A stretch of 63,803 nt of DNA, filler included, from Octopus bimaculoides (Eukaryota): the NCBI RefSeq assembly GCF_001194135.2. It is 5 parts of 4 records of this genome, joined end to end, with 100 filler letters (N's around TTAATTAATTAA, not from the genome) between each part and the next. Parts side by side here need not be neighbours in the genome. Positions count along the whole stretch, not along the records: positions 1 to 27,962 come from NC_068987.1; 4 more parts are not named here. One strand, given 5' to 3'. Shown piece by piece: positions 1 to 12,172 of this stretch. The first letter of the stretch is position 1, and the number at the start of each line of letters is the position of its first letter. The notes beneath the pieces are model-generated. The model searched no databases. It saw nothing but the letters and a program-made list of their open reading frames with translations, and was not told the DNA's origin. Made by a program: the position numbers and the translations under genes.

Positions 1-80
<80 letters not shown>
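1..80. repeat. (TAT)n microsatellite; reads as the (AAT)n 3' tail or target of the adjacent minus-strand R4/Dong-like LINE
   Basis: Perfect trinucleotide run abutting the 3' UTR of the minus-strand element. Confidence 0.9.
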
Positions 81-82
<2 letters not shown>

Positions 83-830
83 TTCTTTCAGTTTGTTTCC
101 ATGTATTGCCGAGTGTTTTCCCAACACCGAGTGGAAAGAAACACACTCTATACATTGGTAGGCCATTAAAATAAACACACCAAATCGTGCATTTACATAG
201 CCATTTGATAGGGAAAAAGGGGTAGAACGACAGAAAGAAAAATGAAAGAAGGAAAAAAGAAAAAAGCTTTTCTCAACACGTGTGACATACCAGTTACGAC
301 AATCTGTTGCACTTCCTGCATAGATAGTAAGCCATGGATCGCCCTCAAATAATTTTCAGTCCCATTTTTGATCGTTCCAATCACTGGTATAGAAATCATC
401 TTGATTTGCCAAATGTTTTCTATTTCAGTCAGCACATCATTATTTTTTCTGAGATTATTAAACTCTTTTGCCGAATTATTATAATGACAAGGCATGTCCA
501 AGTCAATCATTTAACAGATTTTATTGCTTTTGTTTTTCACAATATCTGATTATTGTTTGGTGTGTATATACTGGAAAGTCCAAAAACATCGTTATATTCT
601 CTTCCTCAGTTACAACATAAGTGTGGTGCATTTTCAATTCCTCAGCCGTTTTGACGTTATACTGCCGACTTATTATCCAGTCTACATATTGACCAACTCT
701 GTCATGTCTTCTTGGTTTATACTCTAAAGAGGCTGAGAATTTACACGCAGAGATTAGATGGTCCACTGTTTCAATCTCATCGTTGCAAGATCTGCACTTT
801 GGGTCTACTCCATTTTTCACCACATTGGCT
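81..830 (-). mobile_element. R4/Dong-like non-LTR retrotransposon 3' end (CCHC knuckle plus restriction-like endonuclease), degenerate
   Basis: ORF 521-823 has CRSC...ETVDHLISAC...RHDRVGQYVDW...FLDFPVYT. ORF 193-510 has IDLDMPCHYN...EIENIWQIKMISIPVIG...QIVVTGMSHVLRKA. Both match R4/Dong C-terminal motifs. Frameshifted, ends in an AAT tail. Confidence 0.85.
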
Positions 831-1077
831 CCTTATTATTTTCATATACACACAACAGATTAGACTGTTGGAATAGCCAAAAATCCAGACATCGGCTACA
901 AAAGCAATCTTAGTTGTCCATAATAATACTGTTTTCAATGAAGATCACTGAGAGGATCTTTTGAAAAGCAAAGGCTGTCTTTAACAATATTATTCGAGGG
1001 GAAACATTAGCATCGAGAGTGTAAACCGTGAGGGCCCTTCCGTGAGCGAGGCAAGCAGATGAGTTTGTTGCAATAAA

Positions 1078-1202
1078 CAGCAACAACAACAACAATAACA
1101 ACATCAGCAGCAGCGGCAGCAGCAACATCAACAACACAACAAGAACAATAACGAAAGTGACAACAGCAACAAAACCAACAACGGCAGCAACGACAACAGT
1201 GA
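1078..1202. repeat. (CAA/CAG)n low-complexity tract
   Basis: Imperfect CAA, CAG and ACA triplet runs. Confidence 0.8.
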
Positions 1203-1479
1203 CAAAGACACTGAAAGATTTAAGACGCAAACCTCTACAACGGCTGGGAACAGCCTTTCAAAGTTTTCTTTCGCTGGAGTAACTAAATCATCACTCCAGA
1301 AAACACAATTCTCAGAAGAAGAACTGAAATATCCTAGACAAATATGCTAGTCGAGAGAGATGGACTAGCTGTAAAGTAGAATATCCCAGCTGAGACACTC
1401 CAAGCTACGGTACGTCGTATAGTGACGTACTGTACACTCTGGTTAAAGGAGAGTTGCCACAGAGGCTCAAATACAACAA

Positions 1480-2110
1480 GCTTTAGGTTCCGTCGGAAAT
1501 CGAGAGGAGTATATAGAGAGAAAAAAGGCCTATGGAATGGTGGACGTTCGATTCCACACGGAGGAAGAAGCCAAACATCACTCTCTGAATCACCTCAAAA
1601 GCGAGGAGTTGTTGCTAGTTCCTTACTAATGCGGTCAGAGACTGGCAAAAATTATTATCCAGCAGGTGCCGCCAGAAGTAGCCATTCCTCGGCTAATTGC
1701 GGCAGTGATGAGAGACATTGAGGAAAACTCGAAAATCCTCGAAGCCTATCAAACCAAAACGGAAACTCGTCTGGTAAGACCATAAAATTCCTCATTGAAA
1801 CAACTCGAAAGAATGTGGATCTCATCCTATAGCAGATCATTCTTCCTAGAGGCAGCATTATTCCTGTCAGAGTTGATGGAAGAAAATCAAAATGTTACTT
1901 TTGCTTTTGAACTAAGCATTTAAAAATTGACTGCCCTAAGCTCTAACGTAAAAGAGAGACAGCAGCAGCGCAACCACTATCAGCAGATTCAGTCATAGCA
2001 CCATCAACACCAACAACTATATCGACACCAAGTTCACCCAAGCACTTCTCAGCGCCCGAAGATGTTGTACTTCCCGATGCAGAGCGAGTGGACATCATAC
2101 CTTGAGAGAC
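1480..2110 (+). mobile_element. Degenerate gag-like LINE ORF1 (RRM-like segment plus CCHC zinc knuckle)
   Basis: Manual translation: ...YGMVDVRFHTEEEAKHH...IIIQQVPPEV...IPVRVDGRKSKCYFCF*TKHLKIDCPKL, i.e. C-x2-C-x4-H-x4-C at 1893-1934, followed by a S/T/P-rich linker. Contains in-frame stops and frameshifts. Confidence 0.65.
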
Positions 2111-3504
2111 GGACCGCGATGAAGACTGGCAGTTAAAAACAAAAAGAAACGCAAAAGAGAGAGAAGGAAAAGTAAACATATGGACAAAACAAGAACAACA
2201 CACACAAAATCAAGACAGGAACATAACGAACCACATGGCAATAAATTCAAACACCGATTAATTAATGAAATATATAACACGCACAAATATTGTCACACCC
2301 ACATTCTCCCTAACTGCACACATACAAATCAATCAAAGACTACAAAAACGTTTACACACACTTAAAAACCCATACCACAGGAAATCGGAGATTTTCACCA
2401 GTATATCGCCAAGAGAATTCTTGGTGATTGCTGTTGGAATCACCCCAAGCCAACGGGAGGGACTGGCGGATTAATACGTCCAGGAATGCCAGCTGATTGT
2501 CTCTTTCCTTTTCCATTGTGAACTGTATGGATAGCTTTATTGAGTTCACATGATATAACAGCATTTGGACATCGGGAAGATGTCCAAATGCTTTTATACT
2601 TCGCCCCCATCGGGAAGATGCCCATGTGCTGTTAGATCATGTGAACTCAATAAAGCCATCCATACAGTTCACAATGGAAAAAGAAAAAGAAAATCAACTG
2701 GTATTCCTGGACGTATTAATAACACGTACGAAGTATGGATTCAGGACATCCCTATACCGCAAGCCAACCTTTATTAGACGATACCTCAACTTCAATTTCC
2801 ACCATCCATACAGTGTAAAGAGGGGAATTGTTCAGTGCCTAAAACATCGTGCAAAGAATATGATTAGCGATCGTGGTACACACCACGAAGAAATGATCAA
2901 GCTCAATAACGATCTGTTAAGCAACAACTACATCAAAAGTATATTATCTACTCCAATTATGAAGAAGAGAGAAGACGGGGCCAATAAACTGTCCACAGTC
3001 TGTCTACACTGTGTGAAAGGCTCTCCGAAAAGATACGAAGGATATGCGACCCATATGACATCAGGGCAGTATTCAAGAGTAATACAACACTTCGCAAATA
3101 TCTCCGAGTAAAACCACCAATAGAAGAGAATATGATTAAAGATTGCGTGTACTCCATCCCATGCAGCTGTGGTAGGTTATACAAATGCGAAACATGCCGC
3201 CCCTTCAAAATAAGGGTAGACGTACATCGCAAAGCTGTGACACGAGGAGATATTGTAAAATTGGGTATAGCTGACATGTATGGAAAAATGGAGACAACTT
3301 CTCCCTGTGGAATGAAGTTAAAATAATAGACAGAACACCACTGGAAAATACAGAAGCTAAAAGAAGCAGCACATATGCTAGGACACAACAACCTTCTAAG
3401 AAGAACGAGTGCAGACATGAGCAACATATGGGAAACGGTATTAAGAAAGGATAGAAAAATATTAGATTTATAAGCCGTAAAATTCACTCCATAATTGCCC
3501 ACAG

Positions 3505-3600
3505 ACATATGGCGTAGTGGTTAAGAGCGTGGCTACTAACCCCAAGATTCCGAGTTTGATTCCAAGCAGTGACCTGAACACTAATATTAATAATAATAAT
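3505..3600 (+). mobile_element. Short tRNA-derived SINE with a TAA tail, inserted in the PLE 3' region
   Basis: A-box-like GGCGTAGTGGTTAAG at 3511, B-box-like GAGTTTGATTCC near 3552, then TAATAATAAT. Confidence 0.7.
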
Positions 3601-3636
3601 GTTAACATTGAAAAATAGGAATGAGATTTCCTCAAG

Positions 3637-3671
3637 ACACCTGAAGAGGTATATCAGCCGAAACGTTGTGT
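3637..3671 (+). ncRNA. Minimal type I hammerhead ribozyme motif (PLE-associated)
   Basis: ACAC-CTGAAGA-GG-tatatcag-CC-GAAA-CGTT-GTGT: conserved core, stem II GG/CC, palindromic stem III AACGTT, stem I ACAC/GTGT. Confidence 0.7.
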
Positions 3672-3784
3672 TAACAACAAACAAGATAAGGACAAATATC
3701 TGTCGAATGTAAATAATGTAAATAATGTGTATTAAGGATGTTAACACACCCTCCATATTTCTAAAGGTGAATTTTTCAAACCCC

Positions 3785-4073
3785 AAAGGATCCTCTCAAC
3801 ACATGGCTATGATGCTCCACCAATACTTCTGCTCGTGATCAGAGATGCACTTAACGTCAGCCAGTAATGGACATGCTCAACTGGTTAAGGTCAAACAACT
3901 AACAAGTAAATCTGTGGCATTTAGCAGAATAATTGCTGTAACCCATGTTTTATACCAAGACAAAACAATGTATATGATGACACCTCCAATCAGTTAAGCT
4001 ATGAGAGCCAGTATACTGGACCCTATGAGAGACTAGTAGTGGATCAGGGCATTTATAATAATAATAATAAAAA

Positions 4074-4100
<27 letters not shown>
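3785..4100 (+). mobile_element. TAA-tailed SINE-like or retroposon 3' end, copy 1
   Basis: 3881-4060 aligns by eye with the reverse complement of 8720-8905 (GGTCAAACAACT...GCTGTAACCCAT...GAGCCAGT.ACTGG) and ends in (TAA)n. Confidence 0.55.
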
Positions 4101-4104
<4 letters not shown>

Positions 4105-4619
4105 ATTTTTCAAAGGACTGAAGTAATTCTTCACAAATGTAAACAGTCAATACGAAGACCCCGATTTTTTTGTAAGATATTTTATTGGTTGAACGAAAAA
4201 CAAAAAAGAGAAAAGAAAAAAGAAGAATATTTAATCGAACAGTTTTGTATAAATNNNNNNNNNNNNNNNNNNNNNNNNNNNNNNNNNNNNNNNNNNNNNN
4301 NNNNNNNNNNNNNNNNNNNNNNNNNNNNNNNNNNNNNNNNNNNNNNNNNNNNNNNNNNNNNNNNNNNNNNNNNNNNNNNNNNNNNNNNNNNNNNNNNNNN
4401 NNNNNNNNNNNNNNNNNNNNNNNNNNNNNNNNNNNNNNNNNNNNNNNNNNNNNNNNNNNNNNNNNNNNNNNNNNNNNNNNNNNNNNNNNNNNNNNNNNNN
4501 NNNNNNNNNNNNNNNNNNNNNNNNNNNNNNNNNNNNNNNNNNNNNNNNNNNNNNNNNNNNNNNNNNNNNNNNNNNNNNNNNNNNNNNNNNNNNNNNNNNN
4601 NNNNNNNNNNNNNNNNNNN

Positions 4620-5735
4620 TACCACCAACATAAATTGTGTTTCGTGCATTCTGCGACGTACACCAAATGGGAATCTTTACATGTTCCACCTTCTGTATAA
4701 ATCATAACATTTCTGTTACGATTTCTGATGGAATTCACTTTAGTCATGTTGTTCAATGATACTACAATGTTCGTTTTCTTGGAGTCAGAAATTTAGGTCA
4801 ATAATTCTCTTATATTCTTATTCCGTCTAAAGCTAACAATTGCTGGCTGAGGAAATATCTCTTTGAAACGAGGATATTTTTCGCCACCTGCTGGTAACTT
4901 ACATGCAACATTTTTGATATGCCAGCGAAACGTCGGTGCCAGCTAATCACCAAAGGAATTCTATCATCTATTTTATTGCGTTTGGTAAAATTATGCGTGA
5001 AGGTTTGACTATCTTTGCTAATCTTAGCTATTTCATTTTCTATTTCCTTTAATCGTGATTTACTGTAACTGCGTTTGACATAATGATATAAAAAAAGCAT
5101 TTACATGTCTCCAGTAATCCCCTATCAGTACAAATCCGTTTTATCCTAAAAGATGGGGTTTCGGATTTTAATGAATAAGATGATGTGCATGATCGGAGCG
5201 GCGGTGGAGATAAATGTGCGATGACGTGGGCTTGCAAAATAACTCTGTCACTATTCTGCATCCAGAAAACTTGACTTTCGTGTCGAAAAATTCAACGCTA
5301 GTTTTGGAAAAAAAAAATAGACGTAAATTTTATGTAGGACTTAAAGCCATAGTTTCTAGCATAACAGTTACGGAAAAGCAAGAAGTCCATTAAACTATCC
5401 TGTGATCCTTCCCAGACAAAAAATACGTCGTCAATGAACCGTAACCAGAGTATTGGTTCATGACCATGAAGGGATTTGAATGTCTTCAGCAACTGTGTCG
5501 CGAATTTCGTCATGAAGACATTAGCGAAATTAACTGCCATGAGGGTATCCATGGCGCAACCGTTCTTCTGTTGGTAAAATCTTTCTAACAGAAACCTCAG
5601 TAATCTACAGAGAAAATTTGATGGAATACTTTTGTTTGGCCGCTTTCCGAAGGCATTCATGCACGCTTCTACTCCTTCATTGTGGCCAATATTGGGATAT
5701 AAGGAAGAAACATCCATGGGTACCAAAATCAGTTC
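4620..5735 (-). mobile_element. Second Penelope-like element fragment (RT core plus start of GIY-YIG), degenerate
   Basis: ORF 5298-5726 has MDVSSLYPNI...YQQKNGCAM..MAVNFANVFM...WLRFIDDVFFVW. Downstream frames give LVYVAECTKHNL and IYVG. Runs into the gap at 4255-4619. Confidence 0.9.
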
Positions 5736-6900
5736 TCGATACGGCCTCGGTACGCCTTCTCAATTTTCGTTTTCATTTCTATAGTTATTACTTTTACATA
5801 CTTATAACTCTCTCCTCCTTTCAATGATTTTAATGTCTGACCATCTGGTATTGGATGCCCTTTCTGTCGATTATCTGTCCCCTTTCTTATACCTAATATT
5901 GCACACTTGTCTATGGGCAATGTATCTTCGTTATATCTTTGCTGATAAATTTTACAGCTTGCATTAACGAATCTATTTCTTTTTCATTCTTATTTAAAAT
6001 ATTTCAGATCACCATGTGGCTAATTTTCCTCTTGTTTGTCTCAAATAGTCTATTTTGTTGATACTGATCAATTCTTTTCTGATATCTGGATAACTTGCCT
6101 GTAACTGCTACAATATGCTCGTTCAACTTTTCTACTATTGTCCCAAATCCTTTCTCTTTGACCAAGTATATTTTCTCAAAGGTAGATTCGCATATTGTGT
6201 TTTGTAACTTGTTCGGTTTCCAAGCTTCTGTTCTACTCGGACCTTGTCATAAAGTCTTCACTATATTTTGTTTTCTAACTCTTGCATATTTGCTCTTTTT
6301 TAGTATTTCCCTGGGAGATATCTAATTTCCAATGACTACTAACGTCCTGCATAGGTCAATGAGTTAGTGTCTCCAATATTTTTAGTATCTATCCTACTGA
6401 TAACTGAACCTACTTTCCACGTCATATCTAGCAGGTTCCTTCTGTTGGTGCCTTTTTAATAGTGGCAATTTTTTTCTTACATCTTTACTCATTACTTCCT
6501 GCACCTCATCTAAAATTTTCTGATATTCCTCAATTAAATCACTTAAGTCGCTGGTGCTAGTTGTCCCATCCTTATTGGTAATGCTATTATTATTTTATTT
6601 TCCCTCGGTTCTTCTTTGATTTGAGCTGCATGTCTTATGATGCTGTTTGTCTTTCCTACTTCCTAGTCTTTCTTTTCCAGTCCTCTTGTGATCTCTTCTT
6701 CCCCCAATTCTCTCATTCACTTTCTTTTCCTAATAGCATTAGCTTGATCTACTAATGTCTACTCAGTCAATTTAAACATACTCTTCTCTATCCAAAGTGT
6801 TAACATCCATTTTCGATAGTCCCTTGATTTAGGTTCCCTTTCAAAGTAATACTGCATCACTATCCTGTTTCGTTCGCTAGTTCACTTCCCCTTCCTTACT
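5735..6900 (-). mobile_element. R4/Dong-like LINE internal fragment, internally deleted
   Basis: ORF 5729-5920 has DKCAILGIRKG...PDGQTLKSLKGGESYKY (late RT). Upstream manual translation gives KLSRYQKRIDQYQQNRLFETNKRK (pre-RT region typical of Dong-like ORFs). Confidence 0.75.
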
Positions 6901-7089
6901 CTATTATCAACTGAAGCTGCATTTGTATAACAGCTGCAGTCAGTCTGCATCTTTCCAGAATCACTGCCGAGCTAGAGGTCTTCCCTTAAATGTTCAGCTT
7001 CATTTTCACTGTTACAAACACATTTCCTTCAGATACTCCTGTCTCTATAAACTGAGGTAAGGTATCGTTCGTCACCACCGTCATCACCA

Positions 7090-7631
7090 TTATTATTTTT
7101 CGACATCTGATAGTTTCATGGTGTGGACGTATGTTTTAATTTCAAAATCAAAGTCATTGATACTGGGTCACAACCACTTTATTGAGATATCGAGGACATT
7201 ACTTACAATTATTGTTGTTCCCAATAGAAAAGATTTTTGAATTAATGCAACTTTTGTAATAATACCAATCTCAATAAAGTCGTTGTGAAGTTTATTAGTG
7301 AGGATACCTAGGGCTACTGTTGAGAGGGATTCTTTTGAGTTTCGCTAATTCACCTTGGAAACATGGGTGTTTCATTCAACATCAACCAACAACCATTATT
7401 CAGGGACCTATTGATCGGGATGTGCTACTCGATCTGAAGGAAATTCTAACTGGAACATATCTGCAAACTACGTGCGCTGTTCATCTTGCTATAAGATTAC
7501 AATGCCCCGCATGTCCGGTCGTGATGCAAGATCCTGCTGTAACCTATCGGAGGCGTAGTCATGATGGGTATGTTGGGCTTCATATATTGTCAGCCAGTGT
7601 CACTTCGATGGCATGCACTGATCTCTCACGC
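7090..7631 (-). mobile_element. R4/Dong-like LINE 3' end (RLE domain), 5'-truncated at an (ATT)n tract
   Basis: Manual translation: RPDMRGIVIL*QDEQRT*FADM...VALGILTNKLHNDFIEIGIITKVALIQKSFLLGTTIIVSNVL. Flanked by (AAT)n at 7632-7680 and a short AATAATAAT tail. Confidence 0.7.
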
Positions 7632-8699
7632 AATAATAATAATAATAATAATGATAATAATAATAATAATATTAATAATANNNNNNNNNNNNNNNNNNNN
7701 NNNNNNNNNNNNNNNNNNNNNNNNNNNNNNNNNNNNNNNNNNNNNNNNNNNNNNNNNNNNNNNNNNNNNNNNNNNNNNNNNNNNNNNNNNNNNNNNNNNN
7801 NNNNNNNNNNNNNNNNNNNNNNNNNNNNNNNNNNNNNNNNNNNNNNNNNNNNNNNNNNNNNNNNNNNNNNNNNNNNNNNNNNNNNNNNNNNNNNNNNNNN
7901 NNNNNNNNNNNNNNNNNNNNNNNNNNNNNNNNNNNNNNNNNNNNNNNNNNNNNNNNNNNNNNNNNNNNNNNNNNNNNNNNNNNNNNNNNNNNNNNNNNNN
8001 NNNNNNNNNNNNNNNNNNNNNNNNNNNNNNNNNNNNNNNNNNNNNNNNNNNNNNNNNNNNNNNNNNNNNNNNNNNNNNNNNNNNNNNNNNNNNNNNNNNN
8101 NNNNNNNNNNNNNNNNNNNNNNNNNNNNNNNNNNNNNNNNNNNNNNNNNNNNNNNNNNNNNNNNNNNNNNNNNNNNNNNNNNNNNNNNNNNNNNNNNNNN
8201 NNNNNNNNNNNNNNNNNNNNNNNNNNNNNNNNNNNNNNNNNNNNNNNNNNNNNNNNNNNNNNNNNNNNNNNNNNNNNNNNNNNNNNNNNNNNNNNNNNNN
8301 NNNNNNNNNNNNNNNNNNNNNNNNNNNNNNNNNNNNNNNNNNNNNNNNNNNNNNNNNNNNNNNNNNNNNNNNNNNNNNNNNNNNNNNNNNNNNNNNNNNN
8401 NNNNNNNNNNNNNNNNNNNNNNNNNNNNNNNNNNNNNNNNNNNNNNNNNNNNNNNNNNNNNNNNNNNNNNNNNNNNNNNNNNNNNNNNNNNNNNNNNNNN
8501 NNNNNNNNNNNNNNNNNNNNNNNNNNNNNNNNNNNNNNNNNNNNNNNNNNNNNNNNNNNNNNNNNNNNNNNNNNNNNNNNNNNNNNNNNNNNNNNNNNNN
8601 NNNNNNNNNNNNNNNNNNNNNNNNNNNNNNNNNNNNNNNNNNNNNNNNNNNNNNNNNNNNNNNNNNNNNNNNAGCACGTTATAAAAATAAAACTACTGA

Positions 8700-8905
8700 A
8701 CAATAATAATAATAATAATTCTGCTGCAACGAATATGCCTTGATACTATATGTATGCACTGATGCAGTACCAGTAACTGGCTCCCATGGCTTCTAATTGA
8801 AATTTTATCATGTACATGTTTTGTATTGTAAAAGATGGGTTACAGCCAATATCCTACTCAATACCTCACATTTGCTTCTCAGTTGTTTGACCATAACCCT
8901 TATTC
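8700..8905 (-). mobile_element. TAA-tailed SINE-like or retroposon 3' end, copy 2
   Basis: Reverse complement matches 3881-4060; AAT repeats lie at the gap edge. Confidence 0.55.
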
Positions 8906-9248
8906 AGGACGTCTTTGAGCGGGATGTGGTAGTGGACCTCAAGAAAATTCAAATTGGGTTCCACCCGCATAGTCACGGAATGTTTATCATTGTACCAGAT
9001 CACCATGTTTTCTTTATTTTCTATTGTGTGGGTTAAGTCAATCATATCGACCACAATATTCAACTTATACTTATTTTATCGACATCGCAGAATGAGACGT
9101 AAAGACGATTTCGACAGAATTAAAAGTCAGAACGTAAAGATGGGCGAAAAGCTTGTAAGCACTTTCCATGGCGTGCTAACGATTCTGGCAACTCGCTGTC
9201 ACGATTAACAACCACCATACTTGTGTACCCATTTCATATTTCTGCGTC

Positions 9249-9345
9249 CTTAAGACGTATAGCAGTCATGTGATATAATTAATCCCATGTCATACTTCAG
9301 CAACCTTAAGACGTATAACAATCATGTGATGTAATTAATCACAAC
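9249..9345. repeat. Imperfect two-copy tandem repeat (about 56 bp unit)
   Basis: CTTAAGACGTATA.CA.TCATGTGAT.TAATTAATC occurs at about 9249 and 9306. Confidence 0.75.
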
Positions 9346-10162
9346 ATATAATACCTCAAGATTTCTAATTTTGACTCTTATAAATCATGTCATAAGTAGA
9401 TTATCAAAACCGTAAGAAAACGTATTTGAGTTATTTGTTTTGACTGCTTAACAGTTCTGATTTAAAATCACACTGATGTCAAACACGCTTTTCTACCTTA
9501 CTTCTACGATACAAATAAAATATAGGTCAAGAGTTTTACTTCTTCCACCCCTTTTCAAATGCACCTTCACGCCTATGTTAAGAATGGTTATTGCAATTAC
9601 TTCTGTCCTTTCTTTCATGAGCACTCCATTGCGTATTTTGTGACAATTAGACTGACCCCAATGCCAGCTCGAACTTACTTTATAGAGTTCTGCATGAACA
9701 AGTATCATAGGAGGTTTGTACAAGATTTGATCTAAGAATGTAGCTGAGAATAACCAATTACTAAGGCCGATACACTATGTTCAAGCAACAGACAAATAAC
9801 AAATATGCAATGATATCTGTATTGAAGGCGAGGGTTTCGGTAGTAAACACAAATAACGTTATATAATATGTTCAAGAAATGATGACAAGAACATATATTC
9901 ACAGAAAATTCTTTTTAATAGTGTTGTCAGAAGAATAAGACTGTAAATTGACAACAATATAAAAACAAAACTCTCATATAATATCACCAGAATTTCATAT
10001 CTCTGGGAATTTGAACAAGTAAAGTAATGGTTATACGCCTTTCCCTTTGGGAAAGGACTGGCAAATCTTCATTACATACATACTATGACATACACATATA
10101 CACAGACACATATACATGCACAAAGACAAAATTACACGCTTATAGATACAGGTACATGTATG

Positions 10163-10217
<55 letters not shown>

Positions 10218-10993
10218 NNNNNNNNNNNNNNNNNNNNNNNNNNNNNNNNNNNNNNNNNNNNNNNNNNNNNNNNNNNNNNNNNNNNNNNNNNNNNNNNNNN
10301 NNNNNNNNNNNNNNNNNNNNNNNNNNNNNNNNNNNNNNNNNNNNNNNNNNNNNNNNNNNNNNNNNNNNNNNNNNNNNNNNNNNNNNNNNNNNNNNNNNNN
10401 NNNNNNNNNNNNNNNNNNNNNNNNNNNNNNNNNNNNNNNNNNNNNNNNNNNNNNNNNNNNNNNNNNNNNNNNNNNNNNNNNNNNNNNNNNNNNNNNNNNN
10501 NNNNNNNNNNNNNNNNNNNNNNNNNNNNNNNNNNNNNNNNNNNNNNNNNNNNNNNNNNNNNNNNNNNNNNNNNNNNNNNNNNNNNNNNNNNNNNNNNNNN
10601 NNNNNNNNNNNNNNNNNNNNNNNNNNNNNNNNNNNNNNNNNNNNNNNNNNNNNNNNNNNNNNNNNNNNNNNNNNNNNNNNNNNNNNNNNNNNNNNNNNNN
10701 NNNNNNNNNNNNNNNNNNNNNNNNNNNNNNNNNNNNNNNNNNNNNNNNNNNNNNNNNNNNNNNNNNNNNNNNNNNNNNNNNNNNNNNNNNNNNNNNNNNN
10801 NNNNNNNNNNNNNNNNNNNNNNNNNNNNNNNNNNNNNNNNNNNNNNNNNNNNNNNNNNNNNNNNNNNNNNNNNNNNNNNNNNNNNNNNNNNNNNNNNNNN
10901 NNNNNNNNNNNNNNNNNNNNNNNNNNNNNNNNNNNNNNNNNNNNNNNNNNNNNNNNNNNNNNNNNNNNNNNNNNNNNNNNNNNNNNNNNNNNN

Positions 10994-11057
<64 letters not shown>

Positions 11058-12138
11058 CATGTACAGGCTTATATATACATATATACTGTCTCATATACAT
11101 ACACACACTCAATAGGCGGGTCCCAAACACAAGCAAAATATAGGAATGAAGCAGTAAAGAAATAACTATACAACTAAGTATAATAAAGAATTTATAAAGA
11201 ACAAAACAATAGCTATGAATCTTACAACACACAATGCTTATAATAACATATCAATAGCTATCCTTCTATAACAACAACATAATAGCTATGAAAGAATAAC
11301 AACAAACGCAACAAAAATGACAATGAATAAAAAAAAAAGAAATATGCAGTAAACATCAATATAAGAATAGAAGAAATAAGATTAAATAGAATTTTGCTGA
11401 ATTTGAAACTGTTACTTCTTCAGCTCTTCCTTGCGCTTGGCTTTTCAAAATATTTATTACTTCTTTCTTTTCGCTTCCTGTTACAACGTCTTATATTTTT
11501 CTTTACTAATTTATTTATTTTTCGCCATCTTTTCTCTATTTCTCTTTCGCCATTTTTTTTTTCACACACATCTTTATTGTTCTTTATTTTGTATGATGTT
11601 GCTTTTGTATTTTTTTTTCTTTCTTCTTTTTCTTCGTTCTCTTCTTCTGTAGTACAGTGAAATAAACATAAATCAAACACATCTGCCATCTGGAAAAAAA
11701 AAAGATTCATATATAAACACACGCACGCATATACACACAGACGCTCGCTCGCACGCACACACACGAACATTTATATGTAAAACCATTTTATTGTTTATCA
11801 TTGTATATGTATACATACACACACACATATGCATATANNNNNNNNNNNNNNNNNNNNNNNNNNNNNNNNNNNNNNNNNNNNNNNNNNNNNNNNNNNNNNN
11901 NNNNNNNNNNNNNNNNNNNNNNNNNNNNNNNNNNNNNNNNNNNNNNNNNNNNNNNNNNNNNNNNNNNNNNNNNNNNNNNNNNNNNNNNNNNNNNNNNNNN
12001 NNNNNNNNNNNNNNNNNNNNNNNNNNNNNNNNNNNNNNNNNNNNNNNNNNNNNNNNNNNNNNNNNNNNNNNNNNNNNNNNNNNNNNNNNNNNNNNNNNNN
12101 NNNNNNNNNNNNNNNNNNNNNNNNNNNNNNNNNNNNNN

Positions 12139-12172
<34 letters not shown>

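Larger units (their letters stand above)
2470..3700 (+). mobile_element. Penelope-like element, 5'-truncated (RT thumb plus GIY-YIG endonuclease plus terminal region) with an inverted 5' end
   Basis: ORF 2626-3111 has VNSIKPSIQFTMEKEKENQLVFLDVLI...YRKPT...YLNF..HHP. ORF 3132-3326 has CVYSIPCSCGRLY..ETCRPFKIRV..H. A shifted frame gives HWKIQKLKEAAHM. A hammerhead motif lies at the 3' end. Confidence 0.9.

Noticed and set aside
3505-3580. tRNA genes (also at 22118, 37903 and 52085)
   Set aside because: Only A- and B-box-like heads without a full cloverleaf, each continuing into a SINE body or tail.
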